The translations under genes and the position numbers were made by a program. DNA of 64,000 nucleotides, from the NCBI GenBank assembly GCA_025558095.1, contig JAIVFI010000016.1, positions 124,001 through 188,000 of the forward strand, in the 5' to 3' direction. Positions 10,884 through 22,980 of this stretch are shown in pieces (position 1 is the stretch's first letter; each line of letters starts with the position of its first letter). This DNA is from Hyaloraphidium curvatum SAG 235-1 (lineage: Eukaryota; Fungi; Monoblepharomycota). The notes under the pieces are model-generated. The model did no database searches. It saw only the letters and a list, made by a program, of their open reading frames with translations, and was not told the origin of the DNA.

Positions 10884-11777
10884 ATGCGCACGATTCTCGT
10901 CACGGGTTCCGGCCGCGGCCTCGGAAAGCACACCGCCGCGGTGCTCGCTGCTGCCGGCCACCGCGTCATCCTCGTGGCCCGCACGAAAGCGGCCGCGGAT
11001 GCCACGGCGGCATGGATTCGCGAGTCTCACCCGAACGCGGACCTCGACACCCGGGCATTGGACTTGTCGTCCCTCGCGGCCGTCCGCAAGTTCGGCGAGG
11101 CGCTCTCCGACGAGGGCATCGTCCTGGACACGCTGTTTCATTGTGCCGGAATCATGCAGCAAAGTGCAGAGAGGCGCCTGACCGCGGACGGCTTCGAGGA
11201 GACGTTGGGCGTCAATGTGCTCGCCCCATTCGCGCTTACCGCCGCCCTCTGGCCCGCCCTGGAGCGCAGCGCCTCCCCGCGCGTCGTCGTCGCCGGATCC
11301 CGCCTGCACGCCAAGACGTCGAGGGGCCCGGGAGCCGATTACGACTTCTCCGACCCCTTCCTCGAGAATGGCTACGAGCCGAACCGGGCGTACAAGAACA
11401 GCAAGCTCGCCGCGCTGTGGTTCGTCTCCGAGCTGCAGCGTCGCGCATCTGCGGCCGGCGCACAGACGAGGGCGTTCTGCGTGTGCCCGGGCTTCGTCCC
11501 CGCCACGGCGTGCGAGGTGACGAGCGGGTTCCAGTACTTCCTGATGAAGTACGTCCTGGTCTGGGCGCCCTTCGCCACGTCGATCGCGGCGGCCGCCGAT
11601 TCCTTGGCGTTCATGTGCGCGGACCCCGCGCTGGACTCGGAGGAAGCGGGGGGTTTCTGGACCGCCAAGAAGCCGTTCGCGGGCAGCGAGGAGTCCAGGG
11701 ATGCGGAGAAGGCGCGGCAGTTCTGGGAGTTTGCCGCGGAAAAGACTGGGAGGACGGATTGGCTGGCTAGCAAATGA
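10884..11777 (+). CDS. Short-chain dehydrogenase/reductase (retinol-DH/WWOX-like)
   Basis: TGSGRGLG, LDLSSL..VR.F, T.DGFEETLGVN, YKNSK (YxxxK), CPGFV; intronless. Confidence 0.92.
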   Translation: MRTILVTGSGRGLGKHTAAVLAAAGHRVILVARTKAAADATAAWIRESHPNADLDTRALDLSSLAAVRKFGEALSDEGIVLDTLFHCAGIMQQSAERRLTADGFEETLGVNVLAPFALTAALWPALERSASPRVVVAGSRLHAKTSRGPGADYDFSDPFLENGYEPNRAYKNSKLAALWFVSELQRRASAAGAQTRAFCVCPGFVPATACEVTSGFQYFLMKYVLVWAPFATSIAAAADSLAFMCADPALDSEEAGGFWTAKKPFAGSEESRDAEKARQFWEFAAEKTGRTDWLASK

Positions 11778-11815
11778 AGCCGGGTTTGCTTGTCGCGTCA
11801 TTGACCAATACACCC

Positions 11816-13404
11816 TCATTGCGTCGGGCAAAAGCTTTCCGGCGTCAGCGTCGTCCCGATCCCCCTCAGCAGCGACCATGCCGCCACACCCAACGTGACC
11901 ATGGTCACTAGGAACGCCCGCAGCATCCCGTACCCCGCCGCGAACCCAAAGAACCTCGCCCTGTACGCTCCGACCTCGGTGAAACTCCCCAGCAGCGCCT
12001 CGTGCCGCGAGATGGCCGCCGACCCCTCCGCCAGGTCCGGGTGGCAGAGGAGCATCCGCAGCTGGCGCCGCGCGTCGTGGTAGCACTCCGCGGCGGCGTC
12101 CAGGCAAGCGTTGCGGCCGGCGAGGTTGCCGATGCTGACGGAAAAGTGCAGCGGCACGTGGACGATGGTGCAGAGGAGCCAGACGGGAAAGCAGGGGCCC
12201 GTGGACTGGCGGCGGTGAGTAAGTAGGTCGCTGGGAGCGCAAGCGCGGCGCAGGGCACCCACTATGTAAGCGATGGCGGCCACGACAATAAACGGGACGC
12301 CCATGAAAGCATAGAAATTCGCGAGGAGAGACCATTCCTGCTTCTGCTGCAGGCGCCACAAGGCCAGCAAGTGGTGATGCAGGCGAACGTAGAGCTCGTC
12401 TTCAACGGCCAGAAGGTCCGTCGGCGATGTCCGGGACCGATCGATAAATGATCCAAGTGCAATGCGGAGCGCACGTATCTGGAGGCGAAGGCGTAGTTGA
12501 AGGTATGCAGGATTGCCGAACTGCGAGAAGCGTGCTGAGTGTATTGTCCAGAAAGCAATGTTGCAGGCTGAACGGACGAACAGCAACACTTAGTGCAGCG
12601 CCGCCACTTTCCTCGAATGCTCTGACCGTAGAGGGCCCCCAGTAAAGCCCAGCCGGAGTTCCAAAGCCGTCCCCCTTAGGTGCCGATGGCCGTCCAAACG
12701 AAGAAGGTCTGCACGCCGATGTAGAGAGTGACGTTTGGGACGCCGTCAAGCATGACGAACAAGGCAGCAGAGCGCTCCAATCCCCCGCAACATCCCTTGG
12801 AGTCGCAAGGGCAATATGTGTCCCCCGGCTCGTGTCGTACAAGGAGCGAAGGCGGTCCCGCTCCCTCCCTCTCTATCCCCGGCTTGCCCGCCTCGCCTCC
12901 TCCGCGGCCGACAAAAGTCAGCCACAAGACGAGCTGCGCAAAAGGCGCGAACGCGAGCCTGACGGCGTCCGGTACCCGCGAGCTGGCGCGCCCAACCGAC
13001 AGGAATATGAAGGACGAGGACGCGCCATTGAGCGCCTGAACCGCCAGACCCGCCGCCACCGCCTGCACCGAGAACCGCCCGTCGTTCCATGCCACGGCGA
13101 GCGCGGCCAGCGAAACCCCCAGCACGGCCCATGCGGTTGCCCACACGGCGGGCGACCACGGGTCGAGAGCCCACGGGGAGAGCCCGAACGCGGCGACGAA
13201 GCGGAACAGCGGGTCGCGGAACGCGCGGCGCACAGATTCGCGCGTCGGCAGGTCGCGTTTGCGGAGCTCCGCCGCGGAGTCGTCGAATAGCCCCGGCGGC
13301 GCGGAGGCACCGGGAGACACGGGCGGCAGTGCGGGGCCGAGCACAGGGAATAGCAGCCGCCATTCCTCCGCGCTGAAATCGGTTATTGGCGGGCGATCCG
13401 CCAT
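11816..13404 (-). pseudogene. 7-TM gustatory-receptor-like (7TMIC) paralog with an in-frame TAA; probable pseudogene or null allele
   Basis: Collinear with 43964-45508 (FSAEEW, H..GD..CPC...C.G, Y..LH..L...W, ARFFGF...G..R..LVT..TL...W); TAA at 12676-12678; frame then resumes via a possible 38-nt intron ~12589-12626. Confidence 0.65.
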
Positions 13405-13783
13405 AGTATTGGGCCTCGTGGAGGGTGACGCTCACAAGAAGATTCTTGGGTCTCGGGAACGATGTCAATCCCCGAACCCAACGTCCAACGGTCACCGTTT
13501 CGGCGCACTATCTGATCGGTCCAGCGGGTCGCAACGTCGATCGCGGGGCCAAAGTCCGATCGCCCGCCTCCCGCCAACTGTCCTCATCGCCCCAACACCT
13601 CGCCTCCCATCGACATAGACCAATAATTCCGGACTCAGGATCACCTCCGACCCGCAGCAAGTTGGGATATCGCCTTTCTTCGTTGCCAAATGTACACAGC
13701 AGAGACCAAGCGTTTACTTCTGCAAGTCGCCGAGGGGAAAACACGGTCGTCAGTGAAGCGCCAGCGGAAACCAGCGGGATCTT

Positions 13784-14896
13784 TCACACCTTCTTCTTCT
13801 TGTCTTTGTCCGCTGCGCCCGCCTTGGCCTTCTTGGTGCCCCGCACCTTCTTGGCCCGGTTCTTGCGCTCCTTGCGCTGCTTGCGCGAGGTCACCTGGCG
13901 CTCGAACATGCCGTTCTGCAAAAGGGCCGGCGTCAGCACGATTGCACGGCGGCGCACCCTGACCCCGCCCCGGAACCGGGTCCCCGGGGAACCGGTCCCG
14001 AGGCGGGGAGGAGGGGAGGGTACGCACCCGGATCTGCCGGTACTTGGGCTCGAGCTTCTTGAGCGCGTCCAGCGAGTCGTAGATGACCCCGAACCCGGTC
14101 GATTTGCCGCCACCAAAGGCGGTGCGGAACCCAGAGACGATGATGCACTCCTTCTCGGCCTGCCGGGGGCCGCGTGCGTCAGCGCCGCCCGCCGCCGGGC
14201 CGGGAAAACGCACCTTGTACATCGCCGCGAGCTTGTCCCGCAGCTCGTCCTTGGAGACGTTGGGCCGGCCGGGGTGCAGGACGTCGATTACGAACTGCTT
14301 GCGCGAGAGGAGGCGGTTGGTGAGGAACTTGCGCGTGCGGATGGTCGCTGCGTCCGCCTGGGAAGGGGAGAGGGGGTGAGTTGCCGTTCGTAGGGATCCA
14401 AGAGAGAAGGCCGAGAGGGGAAGAGCGGGAAAGAGGGGGGCCGGGGGCGGGGGTGGGCGTCGCGGGCGGGGAGCGGGCAGGAGGCCGGCAGGGCGATACC
14501 GTCGAGCGGCAGCCGAACCACGGCATCGCGGTGCTCCCACGGGCAACGGCCAACGGCAGCCCGGGCCCGACGGGGCCGCGGGAAGGCCAGTGGTCCGGCA
14601 TGCCGCAGGTTGGCGGCCTTCGCCTCGCGCCCTGCCCGCCCTGCCGCGCGACCGCAGAGACATCCGGAGGTCCAGCAGGGCACGATGCCCGTAATGGCCT
14701 CCAGATGGTCCCGCTGGCCCGCACGCGTGCCCGCCCGGCCCTGGCCCCGCGCCATCTGCCCGCCGGTTCGCCGACGCCCGTCTTCTCCCCTCCAACCCGG
14801 CCCCAGTCCAGCCGCACGCCGGCAGCAGACATCCCGGCCCTCCGCAATCCTCCCTCCGCGCGCGAAGATGCCCCGACGGGCAGGAACACCGACCAT
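13784..14896 (-). CDS. RPS24: 40S ribosomal protein eS24
   Basis: [56 protein letters not shown]; ATG-only first exon (14894-14896), 536-nt intron 14358-14893, two further short introns. Confidence 0.96.
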
Positions 14897-15028
14897 TTTG
14901 TCCCGAACTCGCTGGACAGGTGCAGGCGGGGCAAGGGATCCGGACCCAAACAAACAGCCTGGGTTCGCTAACCCAGCAGCACCGCCCACGTGCGCCCAAA
15001 CAACGCTGCATTCCCGGGGGGCGCCGCC

Positions 15029-17107
15029 ATGTCCCGCGTGTACCTGGCCGACAGCGACGACGACGAGGCGCCGGGCATCCGGTGGCACGCGCAGCCCGTG
15101 GACCGCAAGTACCACTCGCGGGCGCCCGCCGCGTCGGACCGCGGGTCCCCGCTGGTGCGCCGCCGCATGCAGCGCTGGCTGTGGACCGCGGCGGTGCTCG
15201 GCGCCCTCGCGCTCGCCTTCTTCGGCGGGCTGCCGCTGCCGCTCCTCGGCGGGGCCGGCGACCCCGCGCTGCCCGCGCCCGGCGAGGCCGAGAACGCCCT
15301 GCGGCTGGCCGCAATGGACGCGCAGGGCGCCGGCGACGCAAAGGCCTCGCTCAAGGGGCCCCGCTCGGGCCACCCGGACCGCCTGCAGCCGCACGTCCCG
15401 CAGCACGCGGCCGGGCGCACCCCTTCCCATGTGGAGCACGCCCCGCGGCCCGCTGCACCCCCCGCCGAGGACGAAGACCGGGCGCCCGCCGCGCAGAACG
15501 ATGGGGAGGAGGACGCCGAGGAGGAAACAACCGGGGAGGGCACCGAGGACGCCATCCCCGCGGACTCGCGCCCCGACTCGCACTCGGACGCCCACCGCGA
15601 CGAGGGCGAAACGCGGGGCAGGGTGCAGGTCGTCTCCGGCGGCGGCGAGTCGCCCTCCGCCGCCGCCCCCGAGCCCGCCGACGCCGCGGCCGACGACGAG
15701 GAGCAGGAAGCCGGGCGCCCCGCGACGGCGGCGCAGAAGGCGCTCAAGGCCGTGCACGCCCATTCGAAATCGCTCAAGGGGAACGTGCTGGGGAGGGACG
15801 AGGAGGCGGTTGTCGTCGGGGACCACAGGAATGCGGGCAAGGCGGGCAAGGGGGCCGCGGGTGCTGCGGCCGCCGAGGCCGAGGCCGGGTTGGAGGAGCA
15901 GGGCACCACGGGGAAGCGCGTGGTGACGGGCAGGCCCGCCGCCAGGCTTTCGGACGCCTCGGGATCGGACGGTTCGGCGGAGCTGGCCTCGGGTTCCCTT
16001 CCGGCGGGCAACACGCTCGCGGGCAAGGACGCCGCCGGCACCGCCGCGGGCGCCGACGCGGCCCCGGAACCCGCCTCGGAGCACGCCAAGCTGCGCGGCG
16101 CCCTGCCCCCGCCGGACCCGGTCGCCGGCACGGAAAAGAAGGGCAAGGGCATCGCGGCGGGGGCGAGCAAGGGCACGGTTGCGGCGCTGGACCGGGCGGA
16201 TGGGGACCCCGCGACGGGCAAGGAGGATGCGGCTTCGCCCCCGGACAGGCCGTCGTCGGCAAAGGACATCTCGGCCTCGAAGGCGGCCTCGACCGGCGAC
16301 GCCGATCCCGACGCCGGATCCGCGGGCCCCGACGCCGACGGGCGCAGGGAATCCGCGCGGCAGGCGGCGGAAAAGGCCTCGGTGCGGCTGGCGCCCTCTT
16401 CGGCGGCGGACGACACCGAAGGGGTGAAGGTGGAGGGCACGGGGAGGGGGCTGAGGAAGCTCGAGGGGGCGGGGGACAAGGCGGACGACGGGGCGGAGGC
16501 GGAGGAGGGGGCGGTGACGGGCGGGAAAGGGGGCAAGGATGCGGAGGACGCGACTGCGGGCGCGACGAAAGCTGCGGGCGCGGGGAAGGCGGAGGACCTC
16601 GGCGCGGACGGCGCGGACGTCAAGGCCGGCGGTTCCGGAACGGCGTCGTCGGCGGGCACCGTTGCGGCGAATGGGGCGGCGACCGCAGGCAGCGCGGCGG
16701 ACGAGGAGCCCACCACCGACGGGGAGACCATAGCCAGCGCGGGGGCCAAGGCGAGGGTGGTGAGCAAGGCGGACAAGGAGGACGCGAAGGCAGACCAGGT
16801 GGAAGCGAAGGCAGGCAAGGAGCTCGCGACGGCGGACAAGGATGATGCGACGACGGAGAAGGAGGACAAGAAGTCCGGCACGGAGGGCAAGGCGGACGGC
16901 GAGTCCAAGCCTAATGCAGAAGACGCCTCCGAGGACGCTGCGGACGCGTCCGAGGACAAGCCAGCCACCGCAGGGAAGACGGCCTCTGCGAGCAAGGCTG
17001 CCATGGCGGGCAAGGCCGAGGAGGAGAAGGCATCCGGGGAGGGGGAGGCCGGAGAGGAGGCGGCCGGGGACGACAAGGGCGAGGAGGAGAAGCCGGCGGA
17101 GGAGTAG
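15029..17107 (+). CDS. Single-pass membrane protein with long Ala/Gly/Asp/Glu/Lys low-complexity region
   Basis: ATG in GCCGCCATG context; basic stretch then [21 protein letters not shown]; long disordered tail. Confidence 0.7.
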   Translation: MSRVYLADSDDDEAPGIRWHAQPVDRKYHSRAPAASDRGSPLVRRRMQRWLWTAAVLGALALAFFGGLPLPLLGGAGDPALPAPGEAENALRLAAMDAQGAGDAKASLKGPRSGHPDRLQPHVPQHAAGRTPSHVEHAPRPAAPPAEDEDRAPAAQNDGEEDAEEETTGEGTEDAIPADSRPDSHSDAHRDEGETRGRVQVVSGGGESPSAAAPEPADAAADDEEQEAGRPATAAQKALKAVHAHSKSLKGNVLGRDEEAVVVGDHRNAGKAGKGAAGAAAAEAEAGLEEQGTTGKRVVTGRPAARLSDASGSDGSAELASGSLPAGNTLAGKDAAGTAAGADAAPEPASEHAKLRGALPPPDPVAGTEKKGKGIAAGASKGTVAALDRADGDPATGKEDAASPPDRPSSAKDISASKAASTGDADPDAGSAGPDADGRRESARQAAEKASVRLAPSSAADDTEGVKVEGTGRGLRKLEGAGDKADDGAEAEEGAVTGGKGGKDAEDATAGATKAAGAGKAEDLGADGADVKAGGSGTASSAGTVAANGAATAGSAADEEPTTDGETIASAGAKARVVSKADKEDAKADQVEAKAGKELATADKDDATTEKEDKKSGTEGKADGESKPNAEDASEDAADASEDKPATAGKTASASKAAMAGKAEEEKASGEGEAGEEAAGDDKGEEEKPAEE

Positions 17108-17651
17108 GCCGTGTGGGTTTAGCTCGCAGATGGATGGTCATTACCCGTGTGTCTTATTTGTGATGCTATCGGTTCCTTTTGCGTTCAACTCGGCATGCTG
17201 GTCCCAGGTTTTCCTGGGATATCGGACTTCCGCCACACAGTTTGGCTTTCTACGTCACGCTCCAGCCGCCCGCCGCCCTCCCCGGCGTCCTCGCTCGCGA
17301 ATCGCCGCCCGCAGAGGACTTGGGACCGAAGATTTGTCTCCGGCGGTCACGTTTTGCGTTCTCCTTGGCCCAACCCCGGTTCCAGGCGCCAGCCGGTGGG
17401 ACTGCGACACACGGATTGTGACTTCGACGTAGGACACCCGAGCCCCCGCGTTCCTCAACGCTGAGCCGAACGGATCTCCGCCTCCTCGCGGAGAGCAACT
17501 GGCATCCAAAGAGAGAGGAAACGCTGCCAGACCGGCGACAGCAACTGGGGAATCTTGGGCGGTGGCAGCCTTCGTCTGAGTCAACCGCGCGGAGCCATTC
17601 TTGAGCCTCCGCAACCACATGCAGCGTTTAGCGATGCCATGTTTGGAGTCG

Positions 17652-20600
17652 ATGGGCTCTGGGCACCCATCTGTGGTGCAGAGACTAGGTCTGACGCCGG
17701 GACCAGTGGCATTCCCCCTTGATTCTAACGGGATATGCCTACTAGAGTACCGGAAACGGGTTTTCCTCACCATAGTGCTCACGGCTGGGCTGCTTGCCCT
17801 CCTAGCCGCCGCCATTCCGCGCGTGGGCGCGGTCCCCGCTCTCGCATTCGTCTCGCCGCTCGCCCCCGTGAACAACTCAAGACGACTGAATGGCCGACAG
17901 ATCGATACGGCGTGCGGTTGGATCAACAAGGGCGAGGAGTGCTGCCCCTGGGGCCAAATTTGCCCCGCCGGCAGCGAGTGCTACAGCACAGGTCAGATGT
18001 CGACGAGGCGATGCAGAGTTGCGGGACAGTCGTGCCCCTCGGGACAGAGGTTTTGCAGTTTCGTGTGCACCAACTTGGACACTTCGATGAACAACTGTGG
18101 TTCCTGCGGCCATACATGCGGAGGAAGCAGCGAAGCTGATTGGTATTGCTCTGGAGGTGGGCACGGATGACTTTGCGCGAGCTGAAAGCTGACGAGAACG
18201 CAACAGGTGAATGTAAGTACAGCTGCAAACCGCCGGTGTGTGCTCCAGGTCAAATGGTGGCCTCTGCGATGGCAATGTGTCCCTATTGCGTAAGCTACGT
18301 CTGATCACTTTTGGTCGCCCGATGATTAATGTTATCCGAAGCGAGAGTGTGGTAATGGGAAGTACAACTGCGGGCCTTCTGGGACCAATAACTGTGTCGA
18401 TCGGACCACGGACAACCAACATGTGGGTTGCGTGCGGAATTGCCCTGATGACACCTACGTAGGGCATCCTCTTCAGTGTGGCTCGTGTGGAAATGCATGC
18501 CCTTCCTCTTCGACGGTAAGCTCATCAACCTACAGGTTCATGTGAAGTCTAAAGCGATCCTCACGGCACAGTGTACGAATGGTGTCTGTCGATCTACTGA
18601 TCCTTGTGCCGGCATCAATTGTGGCTCATATTCTTCCTGCTCTGCGGGCCGCTGTTCTTGTAATTCTGGTTACTCGTCCCCCAGCGGGGATGGCAGGAAC
18701 TGCGAACCTATTGATCCTTGCCGGGGCATCAATTGTGGTGACTATTCCTCATGCTCAGGCGGAAAGTGCACGTGCAATCCGGGCTATGAATCTACAACCG
18801 GGGACGGGAAGAACTGCCGCGGAATCGATCCGTGCCGAGGCATCAACTGCGGCGACTACTCCTCGTGCTCGGGCGGCAAATGCACCTGCAACCCCGGCTA
18901 CGAGTCGCCGTCCGGAGATGGAAAGAACTGTGCACCGGTCAACCCATGCCGAGGCATCAACTGCGGTGACTACTCGTCGTGCTCGGGCGGCAAATGTACC
19001 TGCAACCCGGGATACGAGTCGCCGTCCGGAGACGGAAAGGGCTGCATCGTTATTGACAAGTGCCGCGGCATCACCTGCCCGTCTGGCCAAGTGGTGAGCC
19101 TTTGCGGTTCAATTGCAGGCGCTCTGAGCTAATCCACGACTGTTTGGCCCGCAGTGCTCCAACGGCGGCTGCGTCTGTTCTTCCGGCCTCACGTCCTGCG
19201 GTGGGAGCTGCATCAATCTCAACTCCGACTCGCGCAACTGCGGCGCTTGTGCAACTTCATGCCCCGACGGCCAATCCTGCTCTTCGGGACGCTGCGTGTG
19301 CCCGAGCGGCCTCACGAACTGCAACGGATTCTGCGTCTCGGTCGACTCGGACAGGAACCATTGCGGGCGGTGCGAAAACGCCTGTGCCGCGGATTCGACG
19401 GGCTGCTCCTCAGGCACGTGCCAGTTCCGACCCACCTGCGGCTCGGGGCAGACCAACTGCGGCTCCGAGACCTCTCTCAACTGCGTGGTGCTCGATTCGG
19501 ACCTGAAGAACTGCGGAGCCTGCGGGTCTGCTTGTCCGAGCGGGCAGATTGTGAGTAGAATGGGCGTGCTGCCGCGGCTCGTGTCTGACGAAGCCCGCGC
19601 TGCTCCAGTGCTCCTCAGGAAGGTGCGGCTGCCCGAACGGGCTCACGGCCTGCGGCTCGGCCTGCGTGAGCACGAACTCCGACATCAATCACTGCGGACA
19701 ATGCAACAGCGCATGCGGATCGGGGGCGACGGGGTGCGTGAACGGGGCTTGCCAGATCCCGGCTGCTCCTTCCCCATCTCCTCCCCCGCCGCCGGCGTCC
19801 ACCACGACGACGTCGTCTCCGCCGCCTCCTGGTACGACTCGTACCTCAGCAGCGCCAGCAACGTCATCGGCGTCGACAACCTCCAGTTCGGCGTCAACAA
19901 CGACCGCGACTCTGGTCTTCGCCAGCCCTCCGACCGCAGCTGTGGCTGCCCCAGCTGGAGCCACACCTCTGTCCCTCTCTGCCGGCTCCCGCATCTTTCT
20001 GACCGCGGGATCAAGAGGCTTGTCGTGCAACCCCGACTGCGTTCTCGCGGATGGGTCATCCGGCGAGTACGCCGTAGCGGGGGTCGCCGGCTCCTCGGCC
20101 ATCAGGCTGCAGCGCGGATCGTCTTGCCTCCAAGCGCGGCAGTCGGGCTCTTCCTTCTCCGTCGTGGATTGGAGCTGCCCGGCCTCGCCGGCAAGGCTCC
20201 AGAAGCGGCAGGCCGGATCGCAGCTATTCCCGTACTGGGCGCTCTTCAACTCCTCGTCGGGCTCGCTCATGATCATGAACGCCAACGTCGACGCTTCGTC
20301 TGGCTGCCTCCAGCCCTCGTCGGGTAGCAGTGTCTCGCTTGGCTCCTGTTCGACGGCGGCTGCATCCCAGTGGACCTCTCCCGGCTCCACCCCCCCGGCA
20401 CCTTCGTCTTCGTCGTCCAGCAACATTGGCGCCATCGTCGGCGGGGTGGTCGGCGGCGTCGTCGCCCTGGCTGCGGCGGGTGGAATCGCCTACTACGTGC
20501 GACGGAAGCAGCGCGCCAAAGGGCTCGAGGGCGCCGGAGATGACGCGGCGTCCAGCCTCGACGGCAGCGAATCGGACCACGCCAAGCCGCCCAAGCCGGC

Positions 20601-21969
20601 TATCGGCCTCGCATCCCAAGATACTCTCGCGTTCCCAACGGAAGCAATCAAGCCCGCGGCGCCGAAACCCGAGGGGCCCGAACCGGCTCCTCAGCCTGCC
20701 GCGCTTTCGCAGCCTGTTGTCGCCCCCAAGAGTCCAACAATCAACGCAGTCGACGAAGTAGCTGCTGTGGCACCACCTGCCGCCGCCGATCGACTCTCCA
20801 AGGACACCAAATCGACCTCGGATGGCTCGCAAAAGACCGCCACGATGTCTCGAACGCCGATTCCGAGCCCGACTCCAACGCAGAACTTCGCTCCGGTCGT
20901 CGGCATATCCGGATCCGGCGCCACCAACCCCGACGCCGCAGTCCCCCGCCAATCTTCGGGCAGCGGGGCCGGCGCCGTGGCCATCAACATCTCCCCCTCG
21001 GCCTCCAAGCTGCTGATCAGCAAGGACGACATCTCGATCGACAGAAACCAGCGCCTCGGCGAGGGCGGCTTCGGCGTCGTGTACGTCGGCACCCTCCGCG
21101 GTTCAACCAAGGTCGCGGTCAAGACGATCAAGGGCGACCTGGACGACAGGACCATGGCGGCGTTCGTCAAGGAGGTGGCCAACTGGGAAGGACTCGTGCA
21201 GCGAAACGGTGAGTTGATCGTCGGCGCAGATACACAGCGCGCTGACCCGCGTCCCGAAGTGCTCCCTCTGATGGCCTTCTGCGTCTCGCCGCCGATGATG
21301 GTGATGGACCTGATCGAGGAGGGCAACATGCGCAAGTACCTCGGCGCGCGCGGCTGGGACCAGGCCCTGGGGCGGCGGTTCCTGCACGACGTGGCCTGCG
21401 GCATGGCGTACCTTCACGCGTCGGGGATCCTGCACGGAGATCTCAAGAGGTCAGTTGCGCGCCGTTCCGCGGGGTCGAAGTGCTCATCCGGTTCCTCCTC
21501 CCAGCCTCAACGTCCTCGTCGACGGCCTCCGCGCCGTCATCACCGACTTTGGCCTCTCCCGCGTCCGGCTCGAGGTCAGCAAGTCGACCGCGCGCACCGG
21601 CAACGGCATGCAGGGCACGCCCGGCTTCGTGCCGCCCGAGATGCTCACGGGCGGGGTACTCAAGCCGCCCGGGGACGTGTACGCCTTTGCGATGCTCTGC
21701 TACGAGGTGGTCAGCAAGGGGAGGTATCCCTTCGACGACTTGACCAACATCGCCGCGGTAAGCTCCGTGCTCGATCCGCGGGAATTGCCCACTTACAGGC
21801 GCCGCCCGCGCAGATCGTCTACAAGGTTGCTTTTGAGCGGCGGCGACCCGTCCGACCCGAGGGCGTGCCCGACGCAATGTGGGAGCTCATGGAGCGCGCT
21901 TGGGCTCACGAGCCCCTCTCGCGGCCCGACTTTGTCGAGCTCGAGAAGGAGACGGCGAAGCTCATGTAG
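17652..21969 (+). CDS. Receptor-like Ser/Thr kinase (TKL group) with STIG1-like and EGF-like Cys-rich repeats, Ser/Thr/Pro stalk, ricin-B-like module and one TM
   Basis: Signal-like hydrophobic N-term; about six C..L.SD..NCG.C...C repeats; 4x38-aa EGF-like units; TM IGAIVGGVVGGVVALAAAGGIAYYV-RRK; kinase GEGGFG, VAVK, HGDLKSLN, DFG, GTPGFVPPE, DVYAF; about 10 GT-AG introns; exact start uncertain (17619-17652). Confidence 0.85.
18599..19054 (+). repeat. Coding tandem repeat, 4 x 114 bp (EGF-like unit)
   Basis: DPCRGINCGDYSSCSGGKCTCNPGYESPSGDGKNC units starting at 18599, 18713, 18827, 18941. Confidence 0.95.
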
Positions 21970-22159
21970 GGAGGGAGGGACGAAGCAAGTGCCCCTGCAG
22001 AGTGACATGAAGCTATGTATCTTTATCATCGCGAGGCTAAAATGTGCGCACTGGCTTCAGTAGCTTTGTTCTCTCCTCGTGATTTGAGGGGAGGTCGGCG
22101 AGCTCGATCCCGTCTCGCGGCTCGGAATCATCTAGCAATCTGCCGCCGCGGCCAGAAAC

Positions 22160-22867
22160 ATGTCCGAGCCACATGCGCCCGTGGGAAGAACGACAAAAGC
22201 GCGGCACCGAAGCGCGCCCGCGGCGTCGGACCCCGATGGCCCGGCCGGAGCGCGCAACGCGGACTCGGAGGGCGCGAACGCGTCCGCCTTGGACACCGCC
22301 GGAAACCGCACCGAGGGGCCCGAAGATGCCCCGCCGGGCGCGCAGAACGCGCGAATGACATCGTTCGACGCGGTTGCGGGCTCGCAGCCGGCCTTGGAGT
22401 CTCTGTCGGCCCCTGCGGAACCCCCGCCGGCGGGCCTCGCCGCGCACCCCCCGACCTCCGCCTTGCTCTTCGAGCGCACGACCTCCAACACCTCCCTCGG
22501 CTCGTGGCTCCTCGTGAACCCTTCGGCCGCGCCTGCGCTGCCCCCGCCCGTGCCGCAGGCCGTGCCCGCGGATGACCCGGACATGCCCTCGGAGGAGCTC
22601 TGCAAGATCTGCCTCTCGGCGCCCATACAGACGGCCCTGGTTCCTTGCGGTCATTCTTGCATGTGCATTGCGTGTGCGAGGGGCGCGGTGTCGTACTTTG
22701 CCCCCGGTGGGGAGGAAACGGACCAGGAGCGGACCCAACCAGCGGAGGAGAGCGTTCTCGGGCGGGTCGTGGGCGCGGCGGTCGGGGTCCTCGGCGTAGG
22801 CTGGAGAGGAAGGTGTCCAGTGTGCAGATCACCGGTGCGGGAGGTAGTCAGGGTCTACCGGGTGTGA
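22160..22867 (+). CDS. C3HC4 RING-finger protein (IAP/MGRN-type C-terminal RING)
   Basis: CKIC...LVPCGH.CMC..CA-(~45-aa insert)-CPVCR..V...RVY. Confidence 0.8.
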   Translation: MSEPHAPVGRTTKARHRSAPAASDPDGPAGARNADSEGANASALDTAGNRTEGPEDAPPGAQNARMTSFDAVAGSQPALESLSAPAEPPPAGLAAHPPTSALLFERTTSNTSLGSWLLVNPSAAPALPPPVPQAVPADDPDMPSEELCKICLSAPIQTALVPCGHSCMCIACARGAVSYFAPGGEETDQERTQPAEESVLGRVVGAAVGVLGVGWRGRCPVCRSPVREVVRVYRV

Positions 22868-22980
22868 GGCATGACGGGTTCTTGTCCAATAATCTGCTTC
22901 ACTCAAAAGGAGATCACACGTCCCATCCTGCCTCCAATCACCAATCGCTCGCCCACACGCCATCAAGAAGTGCTCTGCAC

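Noticed and set aside
14358-14893. snoRNA in the RPS24 long intron
   Set aside because: No convincing C/D or H/ACA boxes on the transcribed strand
18599-19054. Regular repeats as a possible CRISPR array
   Set aside because: Contiguous 114-bp coding units with no spacers; eukaryotic context and no cas genes
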